Positions 29,126 through 39,032 of a stretch of DNA of 64,000 nucleotides are shown one piece after another. Numbering within the stretch: the stretch's first letter is position 1; each line of letters opens with the position of its first letter. Below the pieces are notes generated by a model. The model was not told the DNA's origin, did not search any database, and was given only the letters and a program-made list of their open reading frames with translations. A program made the position numbers and the translations under genes. Origin of the DNA: a bacterium (GTDB lineage: Bacteria; Zhuqueibacterota; Zhuqueibacteria; Zhuqueibacterales; Zhuqueibacteraceae); the NCBI GenBank assembly GCA_044869275.1, contig JBIOXB010000063.1, positions 1 to 64,000 of the forward strand. Direction: 5' to 3'.

Positions 29126-30076
29126 TCACGCCCCGCCATTGGCAATTTCCAAGTCTCCGCCACATTTGAGATACAACACCGCCATGCGCACGGCCACGCC
29201 GTTGGTGACCTGATCGATGATGAGCGAGTATTCGCTGTCGGCCACATCGCTGGACAATTCCACACCGCGATTGATGGGACCGGGGTGCAAGATGACCACA
29301 TCTTTCCTGGCCGCTTCCACGCGTGCGCGATCCAAACCAAAATAGGCCGCATATTCCCGCAACGACGGAAACAGACCGCTGCGCATGCGCTCGAGCTGCA
29401 GCCGCAGCACGTTCAAAACGTCCGCCCAGCGTAACGCCTCGTCGACATTCGTGAACAGGCGAATATCCTCTCCAAACGCTTCCATAAAATGGCGCGGCAG
29501 CAAAGTGGCCGGCGCGCACACGCCGACCTGCGCGCCCATTTTTTTCAGGCCGTGAATATTGCTGCGCGCCACGCGACTGTGCTGAATGTCTCCCACCAAG
29601 ACGACTTTGAGGTTTTCCAGCGTGCCGAATTTATCCTTCAAGGTCATCAAATCGAGCAGCGCCTGCGTGGGATGCTTGTGCTGCCCATCGCCGGCATTGA
29701 TGACGCCCGCTTCGATCCAATTGACCAGCAGGTGCGGCGCGCCGGCGGCATGGTGGCGGATCACTACCGTGTCGATTTTCATCGCTGCGAGGTTGCGCAC
29801 GGTGTCGCGCAGGGTCTCGCCCTTGGCGACCGAGGAACCGGAGGAAGAGAAATTGATCGTATCCGCGGACAGGCGCTTTTCTGCCAGTTCGAAAGAGATG
29901 CGGGTGCGGGTGGAGTTTTCAAAAAAAAGATTGACGATGGTTTTGCCGCGCAGCGTGGGAACTTTGGGAATGGGACGGGAAAGAACTTCTTTGAAGTATT
30001 GAGCCGTTTTTAGAATGAGAGCGATTTCTTCTCGAGGAGTATTGGCCAAGCCGAGCAAGTGTTTCGAGATGACCAT
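29126..30076 (-). CDS. pyrB: Aspartate carbamoyltransferase catalytic subunit
   Basis: FFENSTRTRISF, INAGDG, HPTQALLD, HSRVARSN and HPGPINRGVE. Confidence 0.96.
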   Translation of the reverse strand: MVISKHLLGLANTPREEIALILKTAQYFKEVLSRPIPKVPTLRGKTIVNLFFENSTRTRISFELAEKRLSADTINFSSSGSSVAKGETLRDTVRNLAAMKIDTVVIRHHAAGAPHLLVNWIEAGVINAGDGQHKHPTQALLDLMTLKDKFGTLENLKVVLVGDIQHSRVARSNIHGLKKMGAQVGVCAPATLLPRHFMEAFGEDIRLFTNVDEALRWADVLNVLRLQLERMRSGLFPSLREYAAYFGLDRARVEAARKDVVILHPGPINRGVELSSDVADSEYSLIIDQVTNGVAVRMAVLYLKCGGDLEIANGGA

Positions 30077-30147
30077 TTAGACCTCTATTTTGTGTCGCGG
30101 TTTGTAAAACCGCGACGGACGGAGCAGCGGTTTTTTCATGCAAAAGC

Positions 30148-30738
30148 TCAAGCCGATCCTTCCTCCAAAACTTCAACCAAATCCACACCGTCCACGCCAT
30201 CGACGTTTGCCAATTTGACCCGGACTTCCTCGCCTGCGGTCGTCATGATTTCCTTGCCGGTAAAATCCGCGCGTACCGGCAACTCGCGATGCCCGCGATC
30301 GATGATCACCGCCAACCGGATTTTCGCGGGGCGGCCGAAGTCCATCAGCGCGTCCAACGCCGCGCGGATCGTGCGTCCGGTGTACAGCACGTCGTCGACA
30401 AGAATCACTACCTTGCCTTCGAGGTCGAAAGGAATGTCCGTGGCTTGCACGCGCGATTTTTTCATGCGATGCAGCGAGCCGCGCTGGTTGTACGACAGGT
30501 CGTCGCGGTACAACGTCACGTCCAGCGTGCCCAGCGGCAGCTTGCGGCCTTCAAATTGCTCGATCTTTTCGATCAAGCGCTGCGCCACTTCCACGCCGCG
30601 CGTACGAATCCCCACGAACACGAGGTTTTCGACCCCGCGGTTGGATTCGATGATCTCGTTCGCCAGGCGAGCCAGGGTGCGGTTCAATCCCGGCGCGTCC
30701 ATGATCTCGGCTTTGAATCGGTTGGGCGTGGTTCTCAT
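30148..30738 (-). CDS. pyrR: PyrR attenuation regulator / uracil phosphoribosyltransferase
   Basis: GIRTRG, LDVTLYRDD, VDDVLYTGRT and DRGHRELP; directly upstream of pyrB. Confidence 0.95.
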   Translation of the reverse strand: MRTTPNRFKAEIMDAPGLNRTLARLANEIIESNRGVENLVFVGIRTRGVEVAQRLIEKIEQFEGRKLPLGTLDVTLYRDDLSYNQRGSLHRMKKSRVQATDIPFDLEGKVVILVDDVLYTGRTIRAALDALMDFGRPAKIRLAVIIDRGHRELPVRADFTGKEIMTTAGEEVRVKLANVDGVDGVDLVEVLEEGSA

Positions 30739-30800
30739 CCTTTGCTGAGGTGCGTGAGTGCGAGGTTGCGAGCGTTTTTTGGTGCGGTTGGCGTAAGCAT

Positions 30801-30858
30801 AAAAAAAGCCTTCTCCTAAGACGCCCGCGAGCGTCGCCAGCGGCAAGGAAAAAGGCTT
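30801..30858 (-). terminator. Intrinsic terminator/attenuator in the pyrR leader
   Basis: AAGCCTTTTTCCT...AGGAGAAGGCTT stem followed by a U-tract on the minus strand. Confidence 0.65.
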
Positions 30859-30883
30859 AAGATGAACTCGCATAAGCGAACAA

Positions 30884-30912
30884 ATATTACAGTTTTTTTA
30901 TAAGAGTGTCAA
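30884..30912 (-). promoter_or_regulatory. Sigma70-type promoter for pyrR-pyrB
   Basis: TTGACA-N17-TAATAT overlapping the mtnA 3' end. Confidence 0.65.
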
Positions 30913-32014
30913 GAGGAATCTCGGGAGGGGAACTCAAACGAACTGGCTCGCTACTTTTGGAGTTTGAGCCTTGGGCTTTGGAATTCAATCCTGTTAAGTT
31001 GCGTTTGAACGGCGGATAGACTACTCCGGCCTCGGTGATGATACCCGCAATCAATTCATGCGGCGTGACATCGAAAGCGGGGTTGTAAACCTGGCTGCCC
31101 TCCGGCGCCGTGCGCCTGCCAAAAGCATTGGTGATTTCTTCCGGCTGGCGCTCTTCGATCGGGATTTCTTGACCCGAAGCGATCGCAAAATCGATCGTCG
31201 AAATCGGCGCAGCGACGTAAAACGGAATACCATGATGTTTCGCATTGACCGCCAGCGAATACGTCCCGATCTTATTGGCGGTGTCGCCGTTGGCGGCAAT
31301 GCGATCCGCGCCCACGATACAGAAGTCGATGTGATTCCGCTGCATATAAAACGCGGCCATGTTGTCGCAAATCAACGTGCAGGGAATGCCCTCCTGCTGC
31401 AACTCCCACATGTTCAGGCGCGCGCCTTGCAGCAAGGGCCGGGTCTCGTCAACGATCACGTGCAACTTTTTGCCTTGCGCATGCGCGGTGAATAAGACCC
31501 CGAGGGCGGTTCCAAAGTCGGCGGTAGCCAGTGCGCCGGTGTTGCAATGCGTCATCGCGGTGGCTTGCGATGGCACCAATTCCGCGCCGTGCCGGCCCAG
31601 GGCACGGCAGGTTTGGCGGTCCTCTTCAAAAATCTCGAGCGCTTCCCGCTGCAGGGCCGCGCGCACGGCAGAAAGCGGCTGCCCGCGATGTGCTTGCGCC
31701 ACCGCCAGCATGCGATCCAATGCCCACCCGAGATTCACGGCCGTGGGCCGTGTGCGCCGCAGAAATGCGACATCGTGCGCGAGCTGCGCAAAGAAACCCT
31801 CGTGAGCCTCATCACCCGCGGACTGTGCGCTCAACAAGACACCGAACGCGCCGGCAATGCCGATGGCCGGCGCACCGCGCACGCGCAAGCTTTTGATCGC
31901 TTCGGCCAAAATCTCGAGTTGATCGATTTCCAGGTAAACCAATTCTCCGGGCAGGCGCGTTTGATCGATCATGCGGATTTTATCGTTGTGCCAGGTGATC
32001 GTGGGGAGTGGCAT
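30887..32014 (-). CDS. mtnA: S-methyl-5-thioribose-1-phosphate isomerase
   Basis: DQTRLP, VRGAPAIG, RPTAVNL, THCNTGALAT, ETRPLLQGARL, ANKIGTY and NPAFDVTP. Confidence 0.95.
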   Translation of the reverse strand: MPLPTITWHNDKIRMIDQTRLPGELVYLEIDQLEILAEAIKSLRVRGAPAIGIAGAFGVLLSAQSAGDEAHEGFFAQLAHDVAFLRRTRPTAVNLGWALDRMLAVAQAHRGQPLSAVRAALQREALEIFEEDRQTCRALGRHGAELVPSQATAMTHCNTGALATADFGTALGVLFTAHAQGKKLHVIVDETRPLLQGARLNMWELQQEGIPCTLICDNMAAFYMQRNHIDFCIVGADRIAANGDTANKIGTYSLAVNAKHHGIPFYVAAPISTIDFAIASGQEIPIEERQPEEITNAFGRRTAPEGSQVYNPAFDVTPHELIAGIITEAGVVYPPFKRNLTGLNSKAQGSNSKSSEPVRLSSPPEIPLDTLIKKL

Positions 32015-32531
32015 GGTTTCCTCATTTCATGATGACCACAACCGCAACGCGCGCTGTGGTCGGCCAAGCTGTTTACGTTTCACGGATTACGCCTCACGCG
32101 ATTCTCGCGGGGTAAAACGTAACGCCTCATAAAACGTCTGCCATTCTCAATAAAATGAATTTTCTCCCAAAGTCAATGGCGCGTCATTTGCAATTTTCCC
32201 GCCAAATTTCTCATTGACAAACGCTGGCCGAATGTGTAATTTCAACAAAGGATTTGGGAAATGGAGGCTGGGTTTTTTAAAGTTGGAGCATCGGCCGCCC
32301 TTTCCCAATTTCTGTTTTTAATCCTGGTTCAGAAATGAACACCACGGTTATGGGCCGTCCGGTATGCGTCATGATGAAACGCTTTATCATTCATGCCCGG
32401 CCATAGCCCCGAGTCGTTTTAGTTTTTTTCCACGCGGTGACGGAGAGAGGACCCGTTGGCAAATGAACAGACGTACTCGGTGCCGGAGGCAGCCCGCATA
32501 AATCCCGCAAAAGGCTGGAAGGAGGAGCGGG

Positions 32532-33518
32532 TTGACACTGAAAGAAATCATTGAGCCGATTAAAGACGATCTGGCGGAATTCGAGCACGAGTTCAGGTCC
32601 ATGCTCAAATCCGACGTGTTTTTGATCGATCAAGTCGTGCGCTATTTGGTGGCGCAGCGCGGCAAGCGCCTGCGGCCGATTCTGGTGCTGTTAATCAGCC
32701 GCCTGAACGGTGCGCCACCTTCGCCGAAACGTTTGAAAGCCGCAGCCATTCTCGAATTGCTGCATACCGCCACGCTCGTACACGACGACGTCGTTGACGA
32801 AGCCGACCGCCGGCGGGGCTTCCCGTCCATCAATTCCATTTGGAAAAACAAAGTCTCGGTGTTGATGGGCGATTATCTGTTTTCCAAGGCCCTGCTGGCG
32901 ATGTTGCACATTGGCGATATGCATGCGTTTTCCATCATTTCTCACACCGCCGAGCGCATGAGCTCGGGCGAGCTTCTGCAGCTCGAGCGCCGCCGCGATT
33001 ATTGGATGGAAGAGGAGATTTATTTTCGATTGATCGCCGACAAAACCGCGGCGCTCATTTCCGCGGCGTGCCAGCTCGGCAGTTTGGCCGGCGAGCTTTC
33101 CATGGACGAGATCGCACGCATGGGCCAGTTCGGCGAAAAGGCCGGCATTGCTTTTCAAATTCGTGATGATTTGCTCGACTTGCTCGGCGAGGAGAATCAC
33201 ACGGGTAAGTCCGTGGGCAATGATATTCGTGAAAACCAAATTACCTTGCCGCTGCTGCATGCGTTAAAGAAAGCGGATAAAAGCGCGGCGAAAAGCGTGA
33301 TTCGACTGGTGCGGCGCGGCGCGAGCTGGCGTGCGCGCAAAAGCGATTATCGCCGCATTGTGGAATTCATTGAAAGCCACGGCGGTGTCCACTATGCCAG
33401 CGAAACTGCGCAGCGGCTCGCCGGCGAAGCGGTCCGGCTGCTGGAGCCTTTTCATCAATCACCCTACAAAATCGCATTGACAAACCTGGTGCACTTCGTC
33501 ACGGCGCGGGAACATTAG
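32532..33518 (+). CDS. Polyprenyl diphosphate synthase
   Basis: GKRLRP, LVHDDVVD, RRG, KTA and FQIRDDLLD; TTG start after a GGAGGAG RBS. Confidence 0.93.
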   Translation: MTLKEIIEPIKDDLAEFEHEFRSMLKSDVFLIDQVVRYLVAQRGKRLRPILVLLISRLNGAPPSPKRLKAAAILELLHTATLVHDDVVDEADRRRGFPSINSIWKNKVSVLMGDYLFSKALLAMLHIGDMHAFSIISHTAERMSSGELLQLERRRDYWMEEEIYFRLIADKTAALISAACQLGSLAGELSMDEIARMGQFGEKAGIAFQIRDDLLDLLGEENHTGKSVGNDIRENQITLPLLHALKKADKSAAKSVIRLVRRGASWRARKSDYRRIVEFIESHGGVHYASETAQRLAGEAVRLLEPFHQSPYKIALTNLVHFVTAREH

Positions 33519-33526
33519 ACTTCAGG

Positions 33527-34663
33527 ATGAAAAAACTGCCTCTGGTCTGCAAGATACGGAAATCCGACCCGACCCGCACATTCCTCCAGGCGGCGCTGCT
33601 GCTCAGTGGACTGGGCTGCCACGCGCCGGAAATTCACACGGCGCGGCGGGTACGCGTGATGATGGACACCGCGGCGGCAATCAGCATCTATCTGCCCGAC
33701 GCACGCTTCGAAGCGCGCGCGCTTGCCGATATCGATACGGCGTTTCAAGAAATGGCCCGCCTCGATTCTCTCCTGTCGTTTTATCGCGAAGACAGCGAAG
33801 TGGGGGCTCTCAATCGCTGGGCGGCAATGCTGCCCGATGATGCGCCGGAAAACGCCGGGGCTTTTGCCGTCTCGGCGGAAATGGACACGTTGCTGCGCAC
33901 GGCCGTGCGCATCAGCGGGATTACTTCGGGCGCGTTCGATGTCACCATCGCACCGTTGATGCAGCTCTGGGGATTCGGCACCGCGGCGTTGCGGTTGCCG
34001 GCGGCGGAGGAGATTCAAGCGAAATTGGCCCTGGTGAATTTTCGCCATCTGCTTCTGGAAGCGGCCGCGCCTTCATTCACGAATGGGAGACACACGGGCA
34101 CAGTGGTGCGCTGGCGGCGCAGCGGCATGGGCATCGACCTGGGCGGCATTGCGAAGGGCTATATTCTCGAGCGCGGTTTGCAGGTATTGCAAGCGCGCGG
34201 GTATCAAGATGCCATGTTGGAAGCGGGTGGTGATTTGTGTGCCATCGCCTCGCCGCTCACGGCAGGACAGCGGCACATCTGGATTCGCCATCCGCGGCAG
34301 GAAGACCAGCTTTTTGCGCGTTTCCGCATGAGCGGCGGCGCCGTTTCGACCAGTGGCGATTATGAAAGATACTTTGAAGAAAACGGCCGTCGCTATCATC
34401 ACATACTCGATCCGCGCACGGGTTATCCTGCCGGTACCGATTCTGCCGGCCGTACCACGGTCAGCGCGACCGTGACCGGGCCCAGCGCGTTGATCACCGA
34501 CGCTTTCTCCACCGCCATGTTTGTCCTGGGTCCGGAGCGGGCCGTAGCCCTGGCAGATAGCCTGCCCGAGATCGAAACCGTGATCCTCTATCAAGAAAAT
34601 GGCCGGCTGCAGTGGCGGGCTTCACGAGAACTGGCCGGCAAGCTGGAGATGATTTCGAATTGA
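33527..34663 (+). CDS. apbE: FAD:protein FMN transferase (lipoprotein)
   Basis: GAFDVT, IDLGGIAKGY, STSGDYERYF and HHILDPRTGYP. Confidence 0.92.
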   Translation: MKKLPLVCKIRKSDPTRTFLQAALLLSGLGCHAPEIHTARRVRVMMDTAAAISIYLPDARFEARALADIDTAFQEMARLDSLLSFYREDSEVGALNRWAAMLPDDAPENAGAFAVSAEMDTLLRTAVRISGITSGAFDVTIAPLMQLWGFGTAALRLPAAEEIQAKLALVNFRHLLLEAAAPSFTNGRHTGTVVRWRRSGMGIDLGGIAKGYILERGLQVLQARGYQDAMLEAGGDLCAIASPLTAGQRHIWIRHPRQEDQLFARFRMSGGAVSTSGDYERYFEENGRRYHHILDPRTGYPAGTDSAGRTTVSATVTGPSALITDAFSTAMFVLGPERAVALADSLPEIETVILYQENGRLQWRASRELAGKLEMISN

Positions 34664-34708
34664 GGCGAGCGAACAAAGAAACTTTTGATTGATGGTTGAG
34701 GAGAACGT

Positions 34709-35644
34709 ATGCCGCGTACACTGGTAACCGGCGGCGCCGGATTCCTGGGATCTCATTTGTGCGAATACCTCTTGAAAAAGGGCCACGAGGTGATCGCCAT
34801 GGATAATCTCATCACCGGCACCACCGCGAATATTGACCATTTGCAGGGCGAGGGCTTTGCTTTCGTGAAGCATGACGTCACCGAGTACATTTTCATTTCA
34901 GGAAAGATTGATTATGTCTTGCATTTCGCTTCGCCCGCCAGTCCGGTGGATTATCTGCAATATCCCATTCAGACTTTGAAAGTCGGCGCTATGGGCACGC
35001 ACAAAGCGCTGGGATTGGCGAAAGACAAGGGTGCGACCTTTTTGCTAGCTTCCACTTCGGAAGTTTACGGTGACCCGCTCGAGCATCCACAGCGGGAGGA
35101 TTACTGGGGCCACGTCAATCCCGTGGGCCCGCGCGGCGTCTACGACGAAGCCAAGCGTTTTGCGGAAGCCATCACCATGGCCTATCATCGCACGCATGGC
35201 GTCGATACCAAGATTGTGCGCATCTTCAACACCTACGGTCCGCGCATGCGACCGAACGACGGCCGCGCCATTCCCGCATTCGCGCCACAAGCTTTGCGCC
35301 ATGAGCCGATCACGGTTTTCGGCGACGGTTCGCAAACTCGCAGCTTTTGTTACGTGGACGACCTGGTCGAAGGCATTCACCGCTTATTGCTATCCGATCA
35401 TCACCAGCCGGTCAATATCGGCAATCCGCACGAGATGACGATTCGAGAAATGGCGGAAACCATCATCCGCATCACCGGCAGCAGAAGCAAAATCGTGGAA
35501 AAACCCTTGCCCGTGGACGATCCGAAAATCCGCCAACCGGATATCACGCTGGCGAAAAAGCTGCTGGGCTGGAGTCCGACCATCGATCTGCAGACCGGAT
35601 TGGAAAGAACCATCGCGTGGTTTCGGCAGACGATGGGCGCATGA
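34709..35644 (+). CDS. UDP-glucuronate decarboxylase family (extended SDR)
   Basis: [31 protein letters not shown] and [10 protein letters not shown]. Confidence 0.92.
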   Translation: MPRTLVTGGAGFLGSHLCEYLLKKGHEVIAMDNLITGTTANIDHLQGEGFAFVKHDVTEYIFISGKIDYVLHFASPASPVDYLQYPIQTLKVGAMGTHKALGLAKDKGATFLLASTSEVYGDPLEHPQREDYWGHVNPVGPRGVYDEAKRFAEAITMAYHRTHGVDTKIVRIFNTYGPRMRPNDGRAIPAFAPQALRHEPITVFGDGSQTRSFCYVDDLVEGIHRLLLSDHHQPVNIGNPHEMTIREMAETIIRITGSRSKIVEKPLPVDDPKIRQPDITLAKKLLGWSPTIDLQTGLERTIAWFRQTMGA

Positions 35645-35684
35645 CACAATTTGAATTTGCAATTCTCCCCTTCGCATTTTTAAA

Positions 35685-36779
35685 TTGAGTCTAAGGGCAG
35701 TTTTGACGAGTACCTTGCATACGCGGGTGGTTTTTTCGCCCGAAAAAATCTTGATTCTGCGCCTGAGCTCGATCGGCGACGTCGTGCTGATTTCTCCAGT
35801 GCTGCGCGGCTTGCGCCGGCAGTTTCCGCACGCTGTCATCGATGTGGTAGTCAAGGAGGAATTCGCCGATCTCGTGCGCTATCACCCCTCCGTCAATGCG
35901 GTGCACGTGGTTCGCGCGAAATCTGGCATGCGCGGCTTGTGGCAGCTCGGGCAGGAACTCCGCCGTCGCGGATACGGCACCGTGCTCGATTTACACCGCA
36001 ATTTTCGCACGACATTGCTCGGTCTCCTGTGCGCGGCGCCGCAGCGGCTAGGCCATCGCAAACACCGGGTGCGGCGCTGGCTGTATGTGCGCTTCAAAGT
36101 CAACACCATGGCGGAGACGCCGCCGATCGTACAACGTTATTTGCGCGCCGCCGCACCGCTGGGCGTGCGGGATGACGGCGAAGGCACGGATATTTTCTGG
36201 GCGCAGCTACACGAAGCAGAAGCGCAAGCCGCGCTGCTGGCCGCGGGCTGGAGACACGATCAAAAACTGATTGGTTTGGCGCCGGGCGCGGGTTACTTTA
36301 CCAAGCGCTGGCCTCCAGAGTATTTCTCTGAGCTGATTCATACCCTCCTGCGAGATGGTCAAGAAACAGCCTTCGCGATTTTAGGCGGCCCAGAAGACTG
36401 TGATCTGGGAAAAATCATGCGCGGGCAACCCCAGGGCCGCATTCTGGACCTGACCGGCCGCTGTTCGTTGCTCGCTTCGGCGGCAATCATCAAGCGCTGC
36501 CAGTTGTTGGTGGCCAATGATTCCGGCTTGATGCACATTGCCGAAGCCGTCCGCACGCCGCTGCTGGCATTGTTCGGCTCGACCACGAAGCCGTTGGGTT
36601 TTTTTCCCCAGCGCTCGTCTTCCCGTGTGCTGGAAAATTCGAAATTGCATTGCCGGCCTTGCAGCCACCTGGGCTATCATGCCTGCCCGCAAGGGCACTT
36701 TCGTTGTATGCGGGAGATTGCACCGGCAGAGGTTTATCAAGTAATACAGACCATGATGGCTGAGTCGCTCAGCCTCTAG
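35685..36779 (+). CDS. Glycosyltransferase family 9 (LPS heptosyltransferase, WaaF-like)
   Basis: RLSSIGDVVL, APGAGYFTKRWP, ANDSGLMHIA and CRPC. Confidence 0.88.
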   Translation: MSLRAVLTSTLHTRVVFSPEKILILRLSSIGDVVLISPVLRGLRRQFPHAVIDVVVKEEFADLVRYHPSVNAVHVVRAKSGMRGLWQLGQELRRRGYGTVLDLHRNFRTTLLGLLCAAPQRLGHRKHRVRRWLYVRFKVNTMAETPPIVQRYLRAAAPLGVRDDGEGTDIFWAQLHEAEAQAALLAAGWRHDQKLIGLAPGAGYFTKRWPPEYFSELIHTLLRDGQETAFAILGGPEDCDLGKIMRGQPQGRILDLTGRCSLLASAAIIKRCQLLVANDSGLMHIAEAVRTPLLALFGSTTKPLGFFPQRSSSRVLENSKLHCRPCSHLGYHACPQGHFRCMREIAPAEVYQVIQTMMAESLSL

Positions 36780-36870
36780 CATCTTTGCCGATCTCATTTG
36801 GAGGCTCGCTATCTCCAAGTCAACATCACTGCCACGGCCGCCGCGCACGCAGTCTGCAGAAAAAGAGGCC

Positions 36871-37224
36871 TTGACCAAACAAACGGCTCAGCGCGCCGCG
36901 CAACTAGCACTGGAAAAAAAGGCCGCCGACATCAAGATGCTCCAGCTGCGCCCGTTGACCACGATTGCAGATTATTTTGTGCTCTGCACCGGCACGACTG
37001 ATACCCACGTGCGGGCCATCGCCGATCACATCGCCGAGCAAATGGAACAGGAGCAGGTCAAGCTCTGGCATATCGAGGGCCGCGAGCGCGCGCATTGGGT
37101 CTTGCTGGATTACGTCGATTTCGTCGTGCACGTTTTCCAGCCTGAAACACGCCAATATTACGGCCTGGAGCGTTTGTGGGGTGATGCGGAGACGCAGGAA
37201 ATTCGGGACGAAAATGGTCTTTGA
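36871..37224 (+). CDS. rsfS: Ribosome silencing factor
   Basis: EKKAADI, DYFVLCTG, WVLLDYVDFVVHVF and YYGLERLW. Confidence 0.95.
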   Translation: MTKQTAQRAAQLALEKKAADIKMLQLRPLTTIADYFVLCTGTTDTHVRAIADHIAEQMEQEQVKLWHIEGRERAHWVLLDYVDFVVHVFQPETRQYYGLERLWGDAETQEIRDENGL

Positions 37225-37365
37225 ATAGTTCATATTCATGGCAATTGTCAATTGACAGTTGACAATTAATAATTGATAGCTCATGCTGGCGATCCGGTTA
37301 TATGGCTTTTTGCAAATCATGCCGAAGCTCAAGCTTGGGCAACGCTACCACGGAAGGTCGAAGAA

Positions 37366-39015
37366 ATGCCAATGGACGCTGAAAAATATCTGCGTGAAGC
37401 TGTCGCCGCAGGATTGAACAAACTGGGCTGGCCCGCGGAAACGATTGTGCTCAGCCGCCCCCGCCAGGAAGGCTTCGGCGACTTCGCCACCACGGTCGCG
37501 ATGGCGCTCGCAAAGTCGCTCAAGCAATCGCCCAGAAGCATTGCGGAAAAGTTGGCCACCGCACTGGAATATGATCACAGCCTGCTCGCGGAAATCAGCA
37601 TCGACGGCCCGGGCTTCATCAACTTCCGGCTGGGTGAAGGCTATTGGCAAAGCCAGGTGGCAGAAGTTTTACAGCAACGCGAGAATTACGGCCGCAGCGC
37701 ATGGGCCGCTGGCCGCAAATGCAACTTTGAATTCGTCAGTGCCAACCCCACCGGCCCGCTCAATGTCGTCAATGCGCGCGCCGCTGCGCTCGGAGACGTG
37801 ATGGCCAGTCTCATGCAAGCCGCGGGCGCGACCGTCACGCGCGAATACTATATCAACGACGCCGGCCAGCGCGTGAAAGCGCTGGGCTATTCCGTGAGCG
37901 CGCGTTACATGGCGCGCTTCGGCAAAGACGAGCCTTTCCCCGAAGACGGTTATCACGGCGAATACGTCAAGGATCTCGCCCAGCGCTTGCAGGAGGAATT
38001 TGGCGATCGCTTCGTCTCATGGTCGGTGGAAGAGCGCAGCGAAAAATTCACCGCGCTGGCGCTGGCGCGCATGACCGCCGCGCAGAGAGAAGTGCTCGAC
38101 GGATATCGAGTGCATTACGACGTTTGGTTCAGCGAACAAAGCCTGCTCTCCGACAGGCGCGAGGAAGAAGTGCTGCGGATTTTGCGCGAGAAAAATTTCA
38201 CTTATACCAAGGACGGCGCGCTGTGGTTTGCCTCTTCCCAATTCGGCGACAGTGAAGACCGGGTGCTGGTGAAAAAGGACGGCGAGCCGACGTATTTTCT
38301 CGGCGATATCGCGTATCACATGGACAAATACCGCCGCGGTTTCACGCATTTGATCGATTTGTGGGGACCGGACCATCACGCGCACATCACACGGGTGAAA
38401 GCCGCGCTGGCAGCGCTGGGCTGTGCGCCGGGCAGCTTCGAAGTCTATATCATCCAGCAAGTGAACCTGCTGCGCGGCGGCGAAGTGGTGAAGATGTCGA
38501 AGCGCAGCGGCAATATCATAGAAATGCGCGAGCTGCTCGACGAAGTCGGGGTCGATGCGGCGCGCTACTTCTTCTTGATGCGCAAGCTGGATACGCCGAT
38601 GGACTTTGATCTCGATCTCGCCAAGAAACAAACTGACGAGAATCCGGTTTTCTACGTGCAATACGCGCACGCGCGCGTCTGCAATATCCTGGCTTTTGCC
38701 GCAGAACAGGGCGTGCAAGTCGGTGCCGCTTACGACGCGGGCTTGCTTAAAAAGCCGGAAGAACTATCCTTGCTCAAGCAGCTGTCGGAATTTCCCGAGG
38801 TGGTTACGAAAGCCGCGCAGGCGCTCGAGCCGCATCGCTTGACGATTTATTTGCACGAGCTGGCAAGCGCGTTTCACTCGTTTTATCATCATCATCGCGT
38901 GGTTACGGAAGACCGGGCTTTGACGCAGACGCGTCTGCATCTGGTCGAAGCCGTGCGCATTGTTCTGGGCAATGCTCTGCGCCTATTGCACGTCGCCGCG
39001 CCTGAAAAAATGTGA
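37366..39015 (+). CDS. argS: Arginine--tRNA ligase
   Basis: FGDFAT, GPGFIN, EFVSANPTGP, KMSKR, YVQYAHAR; ends APEKM. Confidence 0.95.
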   Translation: MPMDAEKYLREAVAAGLNKLGWPAETIVLSRPRQEGFGDFATTVAMALAKSLKQSPRSIAEKLATALEYDHSLLAEISIDGPGFINFRLGEGYWQSQVAEVLQQRENYGRSAWAAGRKCNFEFVSANPTGPLNVVNARAAALGDVMASLMQAAGATVTREYYINDAGQRVKALGYSVSARYMARFGKDEPFPEDGYHGEYVKDLAQRLQEEFGDRFVSWSVEERSEKFTALALARMTAAQREVLDGYRVHYDVWFSEQSLLSDRREEEVLRILREKNFTYTKDGALWFASSQFGDSEDRVLVKKDGEPTYFLGDIAYHMDKYRRGFTHLIDLWGPDHHAHITRVKAALAALGCAPGSFEVYIIQQVNLLRGGEVVKMSKRSGNIIEMRELLDEVGVDAARYFFLMRKLDTPMDFDLDLAKKQTDENPVFYVQYAHARVCNILAFAAEQGVQVGAAYDAGLLKKPEELSLLKQLSEFPEVVTKAAQALEPHRLTIYLHELASAFHSFYHHHRVVTEDRALTQTRLHLVEAVRIVLGNALRLLHVAAPEKM

Positions 39016-39032
39016 CAGAAAGGCTTTGACTT

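Noticed and set aside
32245..32531. ncRNA in the long leader of the polyprenyl synthase gene
   Set aside because: A plausible promoter lies upstream, but no recognisable RNA family or convincing structure; an Rfam search is needed.
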